DNA from: an uncultured Methanomicrobiales archaeon
GTDB lineage: Archaea > Halobacteriota > Methanomicrobia > Methanomicrobiales > Methanospirillaceae
DNA: 64,000 nucleotides
Direction of reading: 5' to 3'
Assembly (NCBI GenBank): GCA_963697895.1
Contig: OY969100.1
Span: 1,664,001 to 1,728,000 of the forward strand
Positions 21,700 to 33,206 of this stretch are shown here, in pieces (within the stretch, counting starts at the first letter, position 1; the number at the start of each line of letters is the position of its first letter). The notes below the pieces were generated by a model. It saw nothing but the letters and a program-made list of their open reading frames with translations, was not told where the DNA came from and ran no database searches. A program made the translations under genes and the position numbers.

Positions 21700-22374
21700 A
21701 TGGATCCTCTTGGCTTCATTTTTTTGTTTTTCGTCTTCATCCTGCTCGTTATCGCGTTGTTAATCCTCTCCCTGATGCTTGCACTGTACTGGATTCCTCT
21801 CGATATTATCGGTACTGCAAAAAAAGAGGATGAGATTTTAACCTCGTCAATTTCCATCTTGTGGGGAGGGTTCGGATTCACTGTGCGTCATGGAGAGACG
21901 ACCCTTGTCACATTTCTTCTTTTTCGCCAGCCGCTGCTCACATGGCAGCGGGAGGAACGGGCGAAAAATATATTTTATTCGCGTGCTGAACGAAAATCGC
22001 TTGATCTGAAGGCGATCGTCATGCTTTTTACCAGAATCTGGCCGGATATCAGAGCGGTTATCACGGCACTGGTTCGATCGCTCGTTCTCCGCCGGTTTGA
22101 GTGTGAAATTGTTTACGGTACCACCGATGCCGCGCTCACCGGGCGTATATTCGGGTATTGTTCCGCCCTTTTGCCTGCTCAATTTTTTACGGAGGATATA
22201 TTCATCGACATCATGCCCGTCTTCGGAAAAAACCTTCTGAATGGTCGTATATCGATATCGGTCCGGGTAGAACGGCTGCTTTTTATTCTCATTCCTGTAT
22301 TGAAGCTGATAATGAATCAGGAGATGCGTGGATTTCTTGGGGATCTTAAAAGAGGAGACAGAGGGTATGCATGA
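21700..22374 (+). CDS. DUF2953 (YtfI-like) membrane-anchored protein
   Basis: N-terminal TM helix; YGTTDAALTGRIFG motif; directly follows the YtfJ-like gene. Confidence 0.65.
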   Translation: MDPLGFIFLFFVFILLVIALLILSLMLALYWIPLDIIGTAKKEDEILTSSISILWGGFGFTVRHGETTLVTFLLFRQPLLTWQREERAKNIFYSRAERKSLDLKAIVMLFTRIWPDIRAVITALVRSLVLRRFECEIVYGTTDAALTGRIFGYCSALLPAQFFTEDIFIDIMPVFGKNLLNGRISISVRVERLLFILIPVLKLIMNQEMRGFLGDLKRGDRGYA

Positions 22375-22595
22375 TGGCGGGTGAATTAACCTTTGGAAAA
22401 CCGCTGGTGAAATTCAACAGGACAATCATACCCATCGTCCGGGTATCGAAGATTGTTCGTCGTGGTGGCGCAGCAGTTTTTTCAACGCCGGTTGCGCTTT
22501 TTATCCTGGAAAATGATAAGTGTCTTTTCGCTCCGCTCCAGGATGATATAGCGGCGGAGGATGTTATCGAGGAAATCAATTCACTCCTCGGATAA
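22371..22595 (+). CDS. Small hypothetical protein resembling a reduced YtfJ
   Basis: ATGA overlap with the upstream gene; FGKPL...TIIPIVRV...TPVALFI parallels YtfJ motifs. Confidence 0.5.
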   Translation: MMAGELTFGKPLVKFNRTIIPIVRVSKIVRRGGAAVFSTPVALFILENDKCLFAPLQDDIAAEDVIEEINSLLG

Positions 22596-22631
22596 ATGCT
22601 GCCAAAATGCCCGCAATTCTTGAAAAAAGGA

Positions 22632-22964
22632 TCACTTTCCCCGGATTTTCTGACTTTCAAATCTCCTGCTCCCGATAGCAGTAATTATCCCGACGGCCGG
22701 GACCAGCCCTGCCAGGAACAGGGTAACTGCAATAAGCTCGAGATCCGGTACAAGGATCTCGATCGCGAATGTGATGACCCCTGCACCACCGAGGAAAAGG
22801 AGGTTATTTCCTACCCACCGCGACAATCCTTCAGGGTCTTTCACCGTTCCGCGATCATATCCCCGGATCAGATCGAGCCTTTTCCGGTATTTTATCAGAT
22901 ACCCGAGCGCAATGAAGAAAAGGGTGATAAATTCGGTAATGATCAGAATAAGCGGGTTTACCAT
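22632..22964 (-). CDS. Small membrane protein (DUF3784-like)
   Basis: Three TM helices; LGYLIKY.K.LDLIRGY motif. Confidence 0.6.
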   Translation of the reverse strand: MVNPLILIITEFITLFFIALGYLIKYRKRLDLIRGYDRGTVKDPEGLSRWVGNNLLFLGGAGVITFAIEILVPDLELIAVTLFLAGLVPAVGIITAIGSRRFESQKIRGK

Positions 22965-23111
22965 GATTGATCTCCGTTGTATTATTCTTAAGAGGGTACA
23001 TCGTCAGATATTATCAGGTGATCGGAGACTGAACCGGGAATACCAAACTCCCGGGTTCATTTACGGGGCGGGGATGGCCCGGAGGGAGAGCCCGGATCTG
23101 TAGCCCTGTCG

Positions 23112-24275
23112 TCATTCATGCCTCAGTGCGTCTATAGGATTCAGATTGGAGGCCTTCCAAGCTGGATAGAAGCCCGATAGGAGGCATGTTCCGAGACCGA
23201 ATGCGACTCCGTAGACGATATGGACCAGGCTCGACGGCACGAAGAGATACTGGGTAGTCTGCAACATGAGACTGCTTATCAGGAAACCAGCTGCAAGGGC
23301 AAGAGTTCCTCCGATGGAACTTCCAATCAAACCGAGGATCAACGCTTCATAGAGGAACATCCGCCGTACTTCTCTTCGTTGGGTGCCGATACTCCGCATC
23401 ACCCCAATCTCCTTAATTCGCTCGGTGACCGACATCATCATGATATTCAGGATACTCACCCCGGCGACCACCAACGAGATCCCTCCGATAACAATCATGA
23501 AGGTGGAGATACTGTTGAAGGTGGTGAAGATTGTCTCGAGGATCATCCGGGTGTCGATCACATTTACGACCTCCTCTCTCCTGTTGAGGGAATCATCGAT
23601 GGATTTTTTCACCGCGTCTATCTGGTTCAAGTCGCGCACTTTCACCACGACCATGGTGAAGTCCTGAACACCGTATGCCTGGGAGTACCAGGTATCGGAG
23701 ACCACTATACCATAGTCCGGATTGATATCGAAACCCATCCCGCGCTCCTTCAGGATACCAGAAACGCGAAGCGCACCCTTATCCCCCACTGAAATCCGGC
23801 TGCCCACGTTCAGGTGATTCTCCTCCGCGAACTTCGAACCAACAAGAGCTGAGGAGGACCCGCCACGGATAAAAGATCCCTCTTTAACCTCGAGCAGGAG
23901 CGGTATGTCGTCCGGTGGCAGGCCATAGATAACCCCGGCGGTGTCTTTCGAACCGATCTTCATCCGGTCACCCCCGGAATATACCGGTATCGCTGTATTT
24001 GGCGCTACTGCCCGCTCGATCTGCTCGAGCTGCCGTTCGGTGATCACCTGGTTCGATGAGACCCCCATACCCGTGCCTCCTCCGCCAGTATGCGGGGAAA
24101 CAATAATGGTATCCCCGACGGTGGAAAGGCTGTCTGATATCGAGAGCACGATACCGTTTCCCAGGATCCCCATCGCCGAGATGGTGACAACCCCGATGAG
24201 GATTCCGAGGACTGCAAGAACGGACCGGAACCAGTGGAGCCTGATATTTCTTCGGGCAAATTCAAAGAATATCAT
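23112..24275 (-). CDS. ABC transporter permease (MacB/FtsX family)
   Basis: RSVLAVLGILIGV, NIMMMSVTERIKEIGVMRSIG, YPAWKASNLNPIDALR. Confidence 0.92.
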   Translation of the reverse strand: MIFFEFARRNIRLHWFRSVLAVLGILIGVVTISAMGILGNGIVLSISDSLSTVGDTIIVSPHTGGGGTGMGVSSNQVITERQLEQIERAVAPNTAIPVYSGGDRMKIGSKDTAGVIYGLPPDDIPLLLEVKEGSFIRGGSSSALVGSKFAEENHLNVGSRISVGDKGALRVSGILKERGMGFDINPDYGIVVSDTWYSQAYGVQDFTMVVVKVRDLNQIDAVKKSIDDSLNRREEVVNVIDTRMILETIFTTFNSISTFMIVIGGISLVVAGVSILNIMMMSVTERIKEIGVMRSIGTQRREVRRMFLYEALILGLIGSSIGGTLALAAGFLISSLMLQTTQYLFVPSSLVHIVYGVAFGLGTCLLSGFYPAWKASNLNPIDALRHE

Positions 24276-24973
24276 TTGATCCTGCCGTCCTCCAGCTGAA
24301 TAGTGCGTCCTGCATATTCTGCGATCTTCGGGTCATGGGTGACCATGATGATCGTTTTCCCGTACCCGTTCATCTCCGAGAGGAGATCCATGATGCCTTT
24401 TCCTGTTTTTGTGTCGAGGTTTCCGGTCGGTTCATCACAAAGGAGGATATCGGGGTTGTTGATGAGGGCACGGGCAATTGCAACCCGCTGTTGCTGGCCT
24501 CCGGATAGTTCACTCGGTTTGTGGGTCCAGAGCTCCGGGTTCAGTCCAACTGCCCGGAGAACCTCTTCCGGCCTTTCCAACGTTGTTTTCCTCCCTTTTT
24601 TCAGAATAAGGGGAAATTCAACGTTTTCCATGACAGTGAACAGGGGAATGAGATTAAACTGTTGAAAAATGAACCCGAGGGTATCGCGCCGGAGGAGTGT
24701 CAGCTCCTCATCACTCATATCCTTTATACGGTTCCCGCTGATCCAGAGTTCTCCCTCAGTCGGGACATCGAGACACCCTATAAGATTCAGCAGGGTTGAT
24801 TTTCCTGACCCCGAGGGGCCCATGATTGCGATAAACTCTCCACCCTCGATCTCAAGGCTGATATGCTCGAGTGCCACCACATTCCCGGCGGGTAAGGGAT
24901 ATATCTTCGTTACATCCCGAAATTCGATTATAGGATGTTCTGCTTCCCGATCCCCGCTCATCTCCTTCTCCAT
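24272..24973 (-). CDS. ABC transporter ATP-binding protein (LolD/MacB-like)
   Basis: GPSGSGKST, LSGGQQQRVAIARAL, DEPTGNLD, VTHD. Confidence 0.95.
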   Translation of the reverse strand: MEKEMSGDREAEHPIIEFRDVTKIYPLPAGNVVALEHISLEIEGGEFIAIMGPSGSGKSTLLNLIGCLDVPTEGELWISGNRIKDMSDEELTLLRRDTLGFIFQQFNLIPLFTVMENVEFPLILKKGRKTTLERPEEVLRAVGLNPELWTHKPSELSGGQQQRVAIARALINNPDILLCDEPTGNLDTKTGKGIMDLLSEMNGYGKTIIMVTHDPKIAEYAGRTIQLEDGRIK

Positions 24974-26136
24974 GAGTAGAGAATGATCCCCAGTATTACC
25001 GCTGCAACGGCAATAATCAGTCCGATCACCGGCAGCGGCAGAGACGACTCGGTACCGTGAACGGGTTGCCCCCCCGGCACTTCGAATGTTGTGGAGCGGG
25101 TGAATGTATTCCCATCCTGATCTTTGAAGGTCACCACGACCTCCGCGTGAGTGACATTTTCCGCAATAAATGTGTTCTCGAAACTGGAGAAGTCATCCGG
25201 TTTCAGGGATCCGACCACGTAAGAACGGTAGGGATCGACCGGCATGACCCCGCCGGATGTGGTAATAACCACCGAGTTTGCCGTTTCCAGACCGGCATTG
25301 GTCACATCTCCTGTCAGGGAATAGATCCCATTTTTGGATTCCACATTGATATTTGAGAGGATTGGGTCTGCCTGTTTTTTACTTTCTCCCATCGTGACGG
25401 GAGCGGTGACAGTTGCGGTATGTTTATTGATTCCATTCTTGTAATCCACCCGGATGGTGACATCGGACGATTGTTCCGGCGTTATGGAGAAGCTTACCTC
25501 TCTCGAGGAATCGGGATCCAGAGCGCCGATGAAAAAGCTCGAGGGGGTCACACCGAACCCGCTTCCTTCGGGGTAGACGATCACTCCGTTGACCTGGTTA
25601 TCCCGCGGGTTTCCTACAGAGAGATTGACGACATCTTTTTTCCCGATGGAAAAGGTATCCGGCCTGTCTAAAATAGCGATCTTGAGCGGGGTATCATCCA
25701 CCTTCAGGGTGATCGGATATCTGAGGTAACCGGCATCCCTGTAGTCGACTGAAAAGACCGGGTAATAAATACCCGATATTGTATCCGCCCTCACGGTGAA
25801 GGTGAAATCCATTTTATTCCCGGCTCCGATTGATCCCGCAGCATCATACGAATTGGAAAGGACCGTGATATCATTATCATAAAGGGTGACGCGGCTGATG
25901 GCCACTTTCTCATTTCCCGAATTGGTGATCTCGACCGTGATCGTTCCGGTATCGCCTGAAAAGAATATCGCCGGATCGATCTCCACGTGCGTTACGCTCA
26001 CCTGTGCCGCAGCCGCCTCTGAAACTGCATCTGCAGCCACGGGGGCAGTGAGCAATATGCAGGAGAGCATTACTAACATAACGGAAAGGAATGCCCCCTC
26101 CCATATTGAATTGTTTACCTGTTTCGTCATTTTCAT
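24958..26136 (-). CDS. COG1361-like S-layer-domain exported protein
   Basis: Signal peptide, Ig-like beta-rich repeats (V.I.NSG, GDVTNAG), C-terminal TM plus RRR. Confidence 0.75.
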   Translation of the reverse strand: MKMTKQVNNSIWEGAFLSVMLVMLSCILLTAPVAADAVSEAAAAQVSVTHVEIDPAIFFSGDTGTITVEITNSGNEKVAISRVTLYDNDITVLSNSYDAAGSIGAGNKMDFTFTVRADTISGIYYPVFSVDYRDAGYLRYPITLKVDDTPLKIAILDRPDTFSIGKKDVVNLSVGNPRDNQVNGVIVYPEGSGFGVTPSSFFIGALDPDSSREVSFSITPEQSSDVTIRVDYKNGINKHTATVTAPVTMGESKKQADPILSNINVESKNGIYSLTGDVTNAGLETANSVVITTSGGVMPVDPYRSYVVGSLKPDDFSSFENTFIAENVTHAEVVVTFKDQDGNTFTRSTTFEVPGGQPVHGTESSLPLPVIGLIIAVAAVILGIILYSWRRR

Positions 26137-26820
26137 CTATGATCCTCCGATCGACGGTATACCGACGATTAACATGACAATTGTATAGATTATGTAGATC
26201 GCCACCGGCAATCCGATCGTGATGACCGCATGGCGTAGCGAGAGAGCCCGGGCATGTCGAATTCCAAAAATCCAGAGATTCGCACTCCAGATGATGAATA
26301 AAATCCCGATTATGGTTGAAACCGTGGTCAGTTCGCGCATTGCCGGGTCACTCATCAGTTGCTGGATTAATCCCTGCACCGCTTCCGGGTTTTGGATCGA
26401 AGTGATTTGAGGTACCCGGATACGGGGGATATAATAGAGGCTCATGAGAAGCGTTATGGCGCCTCCTATAACCTGTGGAACCGAGCCGAGTCCCACGACT
26501 TCAAGCGTCCGGGTGAAGGAACCATTCCCTTTGAATGCAAGAGAGAGGGCATAAAAGATCCCGGAAAAAATGAGCCAGATTACGAAAAAAAATACAAATG
26601 AACCGATTGCTGCAATGACACCCGTAAGCACCGTCATTCCGGGCATTACCGATGAGAGTAGTTCTCCGGTAAGCCCTCCGATAAGGTATCCATGAACGGC
26701 TGCAATAACCCCCCCGATGAGGATTATGATGATCGCGATCTTCAGACTCTCCTTCCTTTTCATTAATTCAGCGAAATAAACGTCTGGTCTGGTCAGAAAA
26801 TCACGTATTGCCGGTTCCAT
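26137..26820 (-). CDS. Yip1-family membrane protein
   Basis: LTRPDVYF N-terminus, about five TM helices, F.G.GSF.RTL..VG. Confidence 0.75.
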   Translation of the reverse strand: MEPAIRDFLTRPDVYFAELMKRKESLKIAIIIILIGGVIAAVHGYLIGGLTGELLSSVMPGMTVLTGVIAAIGSFVFFFVIWLIFSGIFYALSLAFKGNGSFTRTLEVVGLGSVPQVIGGAITLLMSLYYIPRIRVPQITSIQNPEAVQGLIQQLMSDPAMRELTTVSTIIGILFIIWSANLWIFGIRHARALSLRHAVITIGLPVAIYIIYTIVMLIVGIPSIGGS

Positions 26821-26969
26821 AAATATTCACCCTAAAATTCGATATAATCCCCTATTAATATATGTCACCTGACAGGAAATATCCTGGTTTTTTCGGTACA
26901 TCGCTTTGTTTTAACAATTTCACGCTTGAATTGTACTATAAAAAATGGTTCATACGTGATTCGTGGTTC

Positions 26970-27899
26970 CTAGAAAAATTTTCCTTTCCAGAATATTACA
27001 ATCCCACAGAGCGAAAGAAGAGCGCTGATTCCGATAGGGATAAGAAATGCATGGGGAACCGTCTGATATGGCAGATCCACGTTCATCCCATAGAAACTCA
27101 CCACGAGGGTTGGAAGCATGATGAGGATCGTAACCGTGGTCAGGAGTTTCATGACCATATTGAGATTGTTGGAGATCACCGATGCAAACGCATCCATCAT
27201 GCCTGAAAGAATATCCGAATAAATATTCGCCATTTCGATGGCCTGCCTGTTCTCGATGATCACTTCATCAAAAAGATCCTTCTCCTCCGGGATGAGTTTC
27301 ATGCATTCACTGTTGTAGCACTTTTCCATCATGAGTGCGTTCGAACGGAGCGAAGTGATGAAAAAAACCAGGCTTTTTTCAAGATTAAGGAGTTTAATCA
27401 GCTCTTCGTTCTTGAGTGCACGGTGCAGTTTCTGCTGTACCGCGTTTGTCATCCGGTTGATCTCTTTTAAGTAATTTAAAAAGAGCAATGCCGTCCTCAT
27501 GAAGAGGAGAAGAACAAACCTGTTCCTTTTATCGGTCGAAAACCCCCGAACCCGATTGTTGATGAAGTCCTGGATAACATCCGCATCGGTGAGGGATATC
27601 GTGATGATCAGATCATGAGTGAGTATAATCCCAATAGGGAGAGTGACGAAAGGAATATCGGAATCGATATCCCGCCGTGGTACACGGAGCAGGATAAGAG
27701 TGCTGGCATCTTGCTTCTCTGTTCGCGCTCGCTCGTCCACATCGAGAGGATCGGTAAGAAAATCCGCAGGGAAGCCGAACTGTGAGAGGAGCTCTTCTAT
27801 CTCAAGGTTGGTAGGATTGACAACATTTACCCAGCATCCACTCTCATATTCCTCGATGACCTTTAAGCCACCCGATGTGGATCGGTAGACGGTTATCAT
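26970..27899 (-). CDS. corA: CorA-family Mg2+/Co2+ transporter
   Basis: D.LD.DERAR, SVISNNLN.VMK.LT, YGMN signature, two C-terminal TM helices. Confidence 0.93.
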   Translation of the reverse strand: MITVYRSTSGGLKVIEEYESGCWVNVVNPTNLEIEELLSQFGFPADFLTDPLDVDERARTEKQDASTLILLRVPRRDIDSDIPFVTLPIGIILTHDLIITISLTDADVIQDFINNRVRGFSTDKRNRFVLLLFMRTALLFLNYLKEINRMTNAVQQKLHRALKNEELIKLLNLEKSLVFFITSLRSNALMMEKCYNSECMKLIPEEKDLFDEVIIENRQAIEMANIYSDILSGMMDAFASVISNNLNMVMKLLTTVTILIMLPTLVVSFYGMNVDLPYQTVPHAFLIPIGISALLSLCGIVIFWKGKFF

Positions 27900-27927
27900 C
27901 CTTTCTTTCCTCCATTGGCGGTATTTT

Positions 27928-28049
27928 CATCTCCTTTCGTTCATGAACCATCCACCTTCGCTCATTTTAGCGCCCGGATGGTTCTTCTCACCCACTCACG
28001 AATGCACCAGGCCCCCGTGGACTTATCCTGGAGAGATGCGTCGTGCCAT
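27928..28049 (-). other. Candidate structured 5' leader of corA with a short uORF
   Basis: Nested complementary segments (9-bp GAACCATCC/GGATGGTTC, CGCT/AGCG, CCAGG/CCTGG, CATCTC/GAGATG) and uORF MARRISPG* (28049-28023). Confidence 0.4.
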
Positions 28050-28261
28050 TTCTTGCTTAAATGATTGCGCTCAACCCTTATCTCCCCTTCGTATGATCCA
28101 GAAACAAGGAATTTTTATTACGGGATTCTCGCAAGATTCTGGTTGCGGAGGAAAATATCATCGATGGGCAGGACATAAAGAAGCCGGGATTGGATATTTG
28201 TTATACATTTCTTTATACCGGTTCCTGAAAAGGTCATAGATCCCGGGCAGATTCTTTCGAT

Positions 28262-29395
28262 TTATACCAGTCTTCTAATCCTGTTCACCGCTTCCTTCAG
28301 TTTTTCGCGCGATGCGGCATAGGATATCCGCTCCCATCCGGGCATTCCGAATGCCGAACCAGGGGTCACTGCAACATGAGCATTTTCGAGCCAATTCCGC
28401 GCGATCTCTATATCATCCCCCATAACTTTGATAAAAGCGTAAAATGCACCATCTGCAGGTGCGCTTTCAAAACCCATCAGGCCCAGCTCTTCAATCAGGT
28501 AATCGCGACGTCGCCTGAATTCCTGAACCATCTCTCCGACACAACCCTGATCTCCCTTTAATGCAGCCACCCCTCCGTACATGACAAAGGTTGTCGGGTG
28601 ACTGGTGGAATGCTGCTGCACCTTCGACATCTGTCTGATTATTTCTGCTGGCGCGATCGCATATCCGAGCCTCCATCCGGTCATAGCATAAGCCTTTGAG
28701 AACCCGTTGACAGTGATTGTCCGTTCCGCCATGGGGCCGACACGGGCGAGGGATGTATGTTCCTTCCCGTAAATCAGCTTCTCGTAAATCTCATCGGAAA
28801 GAACAAAGAGATCAAAATCTTCGCAGATATCGGAGACCAATGCCAATGATCTTCCATCGAGAACCGATCCTGACGGATTCGATGGAGAGTTGATCACCAT
28901 CATCTTGGTCTTATGGGTAATCCGCTCGAGAACCGAATCCTCGATCTGGAATGTCGAATCATTGAGCTGATGATGCACCGCACGTGCTCCTGCCATTTGG
29001 ATACACGGCTCATAGGAGACCCATGAAGGATCCAGAATGATCGCTTCGTCACCCTGATTCAGGGTCGCCTGCATCGCCTGATGAATTGCGTCCTTTGCTC
29101 CGCAGGTGACGATCACCTGTTCGGGTCTGCAGGGGAAATGGTTATCATGCTCGATCTTTTCGGCAATCGCTGTTATGAGTTCGGGGATCCCATTACTGGG
29201 CGCATAGTGCGTCTCGCCTCTCATCAGTGCATCGATGCACGCATCCTTGATATGCCCCGGGGTTTCGAAATCCGGTTCGCCGATCGAGAGGCTGATGACA
29301 TCTATTCCCTGCTGCTGCATCTTCTTTGCCGCGTTGGAGATCTCCATCGTGGCTGATGGAGCGATAGCGGAAATCTTCTCCGATAATTGCCTCAT
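28262..29395 (-). CDS. PLP-dependent aminotransferase class I/II (aspartate aminotransferase-like)
   Basis: [36 protein letters not shown]. Confidence 0.92.
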   Translation of the reverse strand: MRQLSEKISAIAPSATMEISNAAKKMQQQGIDVISLSIGEPDFETPGHIKDACIDALMRGETHYAPSNGIPELITAIAEKIEHDNHFPCRPEQVIVTCGAKDAIHQAMQATLNQGDEAIILDPSWVSYEPCIQMAGARAVHHQLNDSTFQIEDSVLERITHKTKMMVINSPSNPSGSVLDGRSLALVSDICEDFDLFVLSDEIYEKLIYGKEHTSLARVGPMAERTITVNGFSKAYAMTGWRLGYAIAPAEIIRQMSKVQQHSTSHPTTFVMYGGVAALKGDQGCVGEMVQEFRRRRDYLIEELGLMGFESAPADGAFYAFIKVMGDDIEIARNWLENAHVAVTPGSAFGMPGWERISYAASREKLKEAVNRIRRLV

Positions 29396-29800
29396 TGCAG
29401 TCTCTGGACCATCTTGATTGCTGATTCCACGGCTCGTTTCGCATAATCGATGCGTTCGTTTGCCTCGAGCCGTGTCATTCCAGGTCCGGAGATACCAAGT
29501 GTGACGGGTTTTCCGAATTCAAGGCTCAGGTCGATGATCTTTCGCGCAGCATGCTGTACAACGATCTCGTCATGCTGTGTGGCCCCTTCGATTACGCATC
29601 CGATCGTGACCACCGCGTCGACCCGCCCTGTCTGAAGCATCTTTTTAATTGCAAGCGGCATATCGTATGCACCCGGGACATACATGCATTCGGTTACATC
29701 GGCACCGAGAAATGCCGCGTGTTCTCTCCCTTCGATCTCCATCATATATGTGATATCCCGGTTGAATTCAGCAACCACAAACCCGAGTCTTTATTGCCAT
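29392..29800 (-). CDS. ribH: 6,7-dimethyl-8-ribityllumazine synthase; apparent +1 indel at about 29788-29792 near the start
   Basis: [29 protein letters not shown]; removing one base joins ATG 29800 to give MAI(K/R)LGFVVAEFN. Confidence 0.92.
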
Positions 29801-29851
29801 AATTTCCCTCCTGTTAGATCTCCTGTCTGATCATTCATAATGGTATCACGG

Positions 29852-31441
<1,590 letters not shown>

Positions 31442-31486
31442 GCTATCAGCCCATAGTATATTTATAGAGGCGAAATATAAGTTTGG

Positions 31487-31882
31487 ATGGCGTTCATGGT
31501 TGATGTATCGGTAATCTCAGGATCGCAGTCGGATGTTGCCGTGGCCGAACGGGTCTGCGAGATCTTATGTGAGCATGGAATCACGTATGACTGCCAGGTA
31601 TTATCGGCTCATCGCGAACCAGAGAAGCTGGATGAATACATCCGGATGAGCACCTGCCGGGTATATATTGCTATTGCAGGGCTTTCTGCGGCGCTCCCGG
31701 GGTTCATCGCGTCAAAGACCGACAAACCGGTGATCGGTATACCCGTGAGCGGGTCGTTGATGGGGATCGATGCCCTTCTCTCGATCGTGCAGATGCCGAG
31801 AGGAGTGCCCGTTGCATGCGTCGGTATAGACAATGGTGAAAATGCAGCATATCTTGCGATCCGGATACTGCGATTGCAATAA
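31487..31882 (+). CDS. purE: AIR carboxylase/N5-CAIR mutase
   Basis: [40 protein letters not shown]. Confidence 0.93.
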   Translation: MAFMVDVSVISGSQSDVAVAERVCEILCEHGITYDCQVLSAHREPEKLDEYIRMSTCRVYIAIAGLSAALPGFIASKTDKPVIGIPVSGSLMGIDALLSIVQMPRGVPVACVGIDNGENAAYLAIRILRLQ

Positions 31883-31894
31883 TTTGAAATCTGA

Positions 31895-33172
31895 TTATCG
31901 CTTTTCCGGGCGTTTGTGGAATAAATCCGCCACCATCTTCATGGCGCAGAGATCCCCGCACATCGAACAGGTATCCAGCGATCCGTCCCGTTCATGGATC
32001 TGGCGTGCTGTATCGCCGTAGAGCGCAATCCGGAACTGTTCATCCCAGTCCAGTCTTTTTCGGGCTTCGGCCATCTGGATCTCCCGCGCAGACCGGTACC
32101 CTTCTTTCATACGCGACATATTCCCGATATGGGCAGCAATCCGACAGACCCGCGTCCCTTCGATGATATCGGCCACCGACGGCAGAGCGAGATGTTCGCT
32201 CGGAGAGACCATGCAGAGGAAGTCTGCTCCGTATGTGCACGCGATCGTCCCTCCTATTGCGGAAACCACGTGGTCATACCCCGGCGAGAGATCGGTTACG
32301 ATCGGACCCAGCAGGTAAAGGGGAGCGTCATTCGTCAGTTCTTTTAAAAACTGCACATTATATCCGATCTGGGTGAGGGGGATATGCCCCGGCCCTTCGA
32401 TCATACGCTGTACTCCTGACGAGAGGGCTCGGCTTGCAAGCGCTCCCAGCGTCAGATATTCCACGGTCTTCGCATGCCGATCGGCATCCTGCAGGCACCC
32501 GGGCCGCATCCCGTCCCCGAGGCTGATCACCACACCCGCCTCAGCCAGGATCTCGAGAAGATAATCAAATTCGCTGTACAGTGGATTTTCCTCACCCCGG
32601 GACGCCATCATCGCAACATGGAATGCTCCCCCCCGGCTTACCACGTCCATGATCCGGGGATCGGCCCTTAAAGATTCCAGTGCCTGCATATTCACGCCAC
32701 AGTGAAGCGTGAGGAAGTCGACCCCGTCTTTGCAATGCTCTCTTATGACCTTGAACAGTAGATCCGCGTCCACATCTGCTGCATTTCCTGCTCGCCTGAC
32801 CGCCTCGTATATCGGTACCGTTCCGACGGGCGAATCGAGCTCCAGAATCTTCTTCCGCATCGCGGCAAGGTTCCCGCCGGTGGAGAGATCCATCAGGGTA
32901 TCTGCACAGTTCTGCAGGGCTGCCTGTGCCTTGTCCATTTCGAGCGATTCATCACAACGCTCCCCCGACGTCCCGATGTTTACATTGACTTTTATCCGGC
33001 AACCCTCGCCAATCGCACAGATCCGGTGGGACCTGACCGGATTCGCAGGGATAACCATACGCCCCCTTGCTATCGACCGTGCAGCAGTCCTCGGAGGAAT
33101 CCCTTCTTCCCGTGCGGCAGAACTGACGAGGGGTGGAACCCCTTTCACGCACTCCTGAATCAGGGTTTGCAT
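31895..33172 (-). CDS. thiC: Phosphomethylpyrimidine synthase ThiC (or BzaA/B/F-like paralog)
   Basis: KVNVNIGTS, MDLSTGG, GTVPIY, VSRGG, LGDGMRPG, EGPGH, GYDH, CSMCGDLC; likely ATG at 33172. Confidence 0.85.
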   Translation of the reverse strand: MQTLIQECVKGVPPLVSSAAREEGIPPRTAARSIARGRMVIPANPVRSHRICAIGEGCRIKVNVNIGTSGERCDESLEMDKAQAALQNCADTLMDLSTGGNLAAMRKKILELDSPVGTVPIYEAVRRAGNAADVDADLLFKVIREHCKDGVDFLTLHCGVNMQALESLRADPRIMDVVSRGGAFHVAMMASRGEENPLYSEFDYLLEILAEAGVVISLGDGMRPGCLQDADRHAKTVEYLTLGALASRALSSGVQRMIEGPGHIPLTQIGYNVQFLKELTNDAPLYLLGPIVTDLSPGYDHVVSAIGGTIACTYGADFLCMVSPSEHLALPSVADIIEGTRVCRIAAHIGNMSRMKEGYRSAREIQMAEARKRLDWDEQFRIALYGDTARQIHERDGSLDTCSMCGDLCAMKMVADLFHKRPEKR

Positions 33173-33206
33173 AACACACATGTGGTCGGAGATCTTATTA
33201 TTATGC

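Noticed and set aside
23031-23058. Imperfect hairpin GAACCGGGA...TCCCGGGTTC downstream of the ABC operon
   Set aside because: A single bulged stem without a T-tract or second copy; too weak to call
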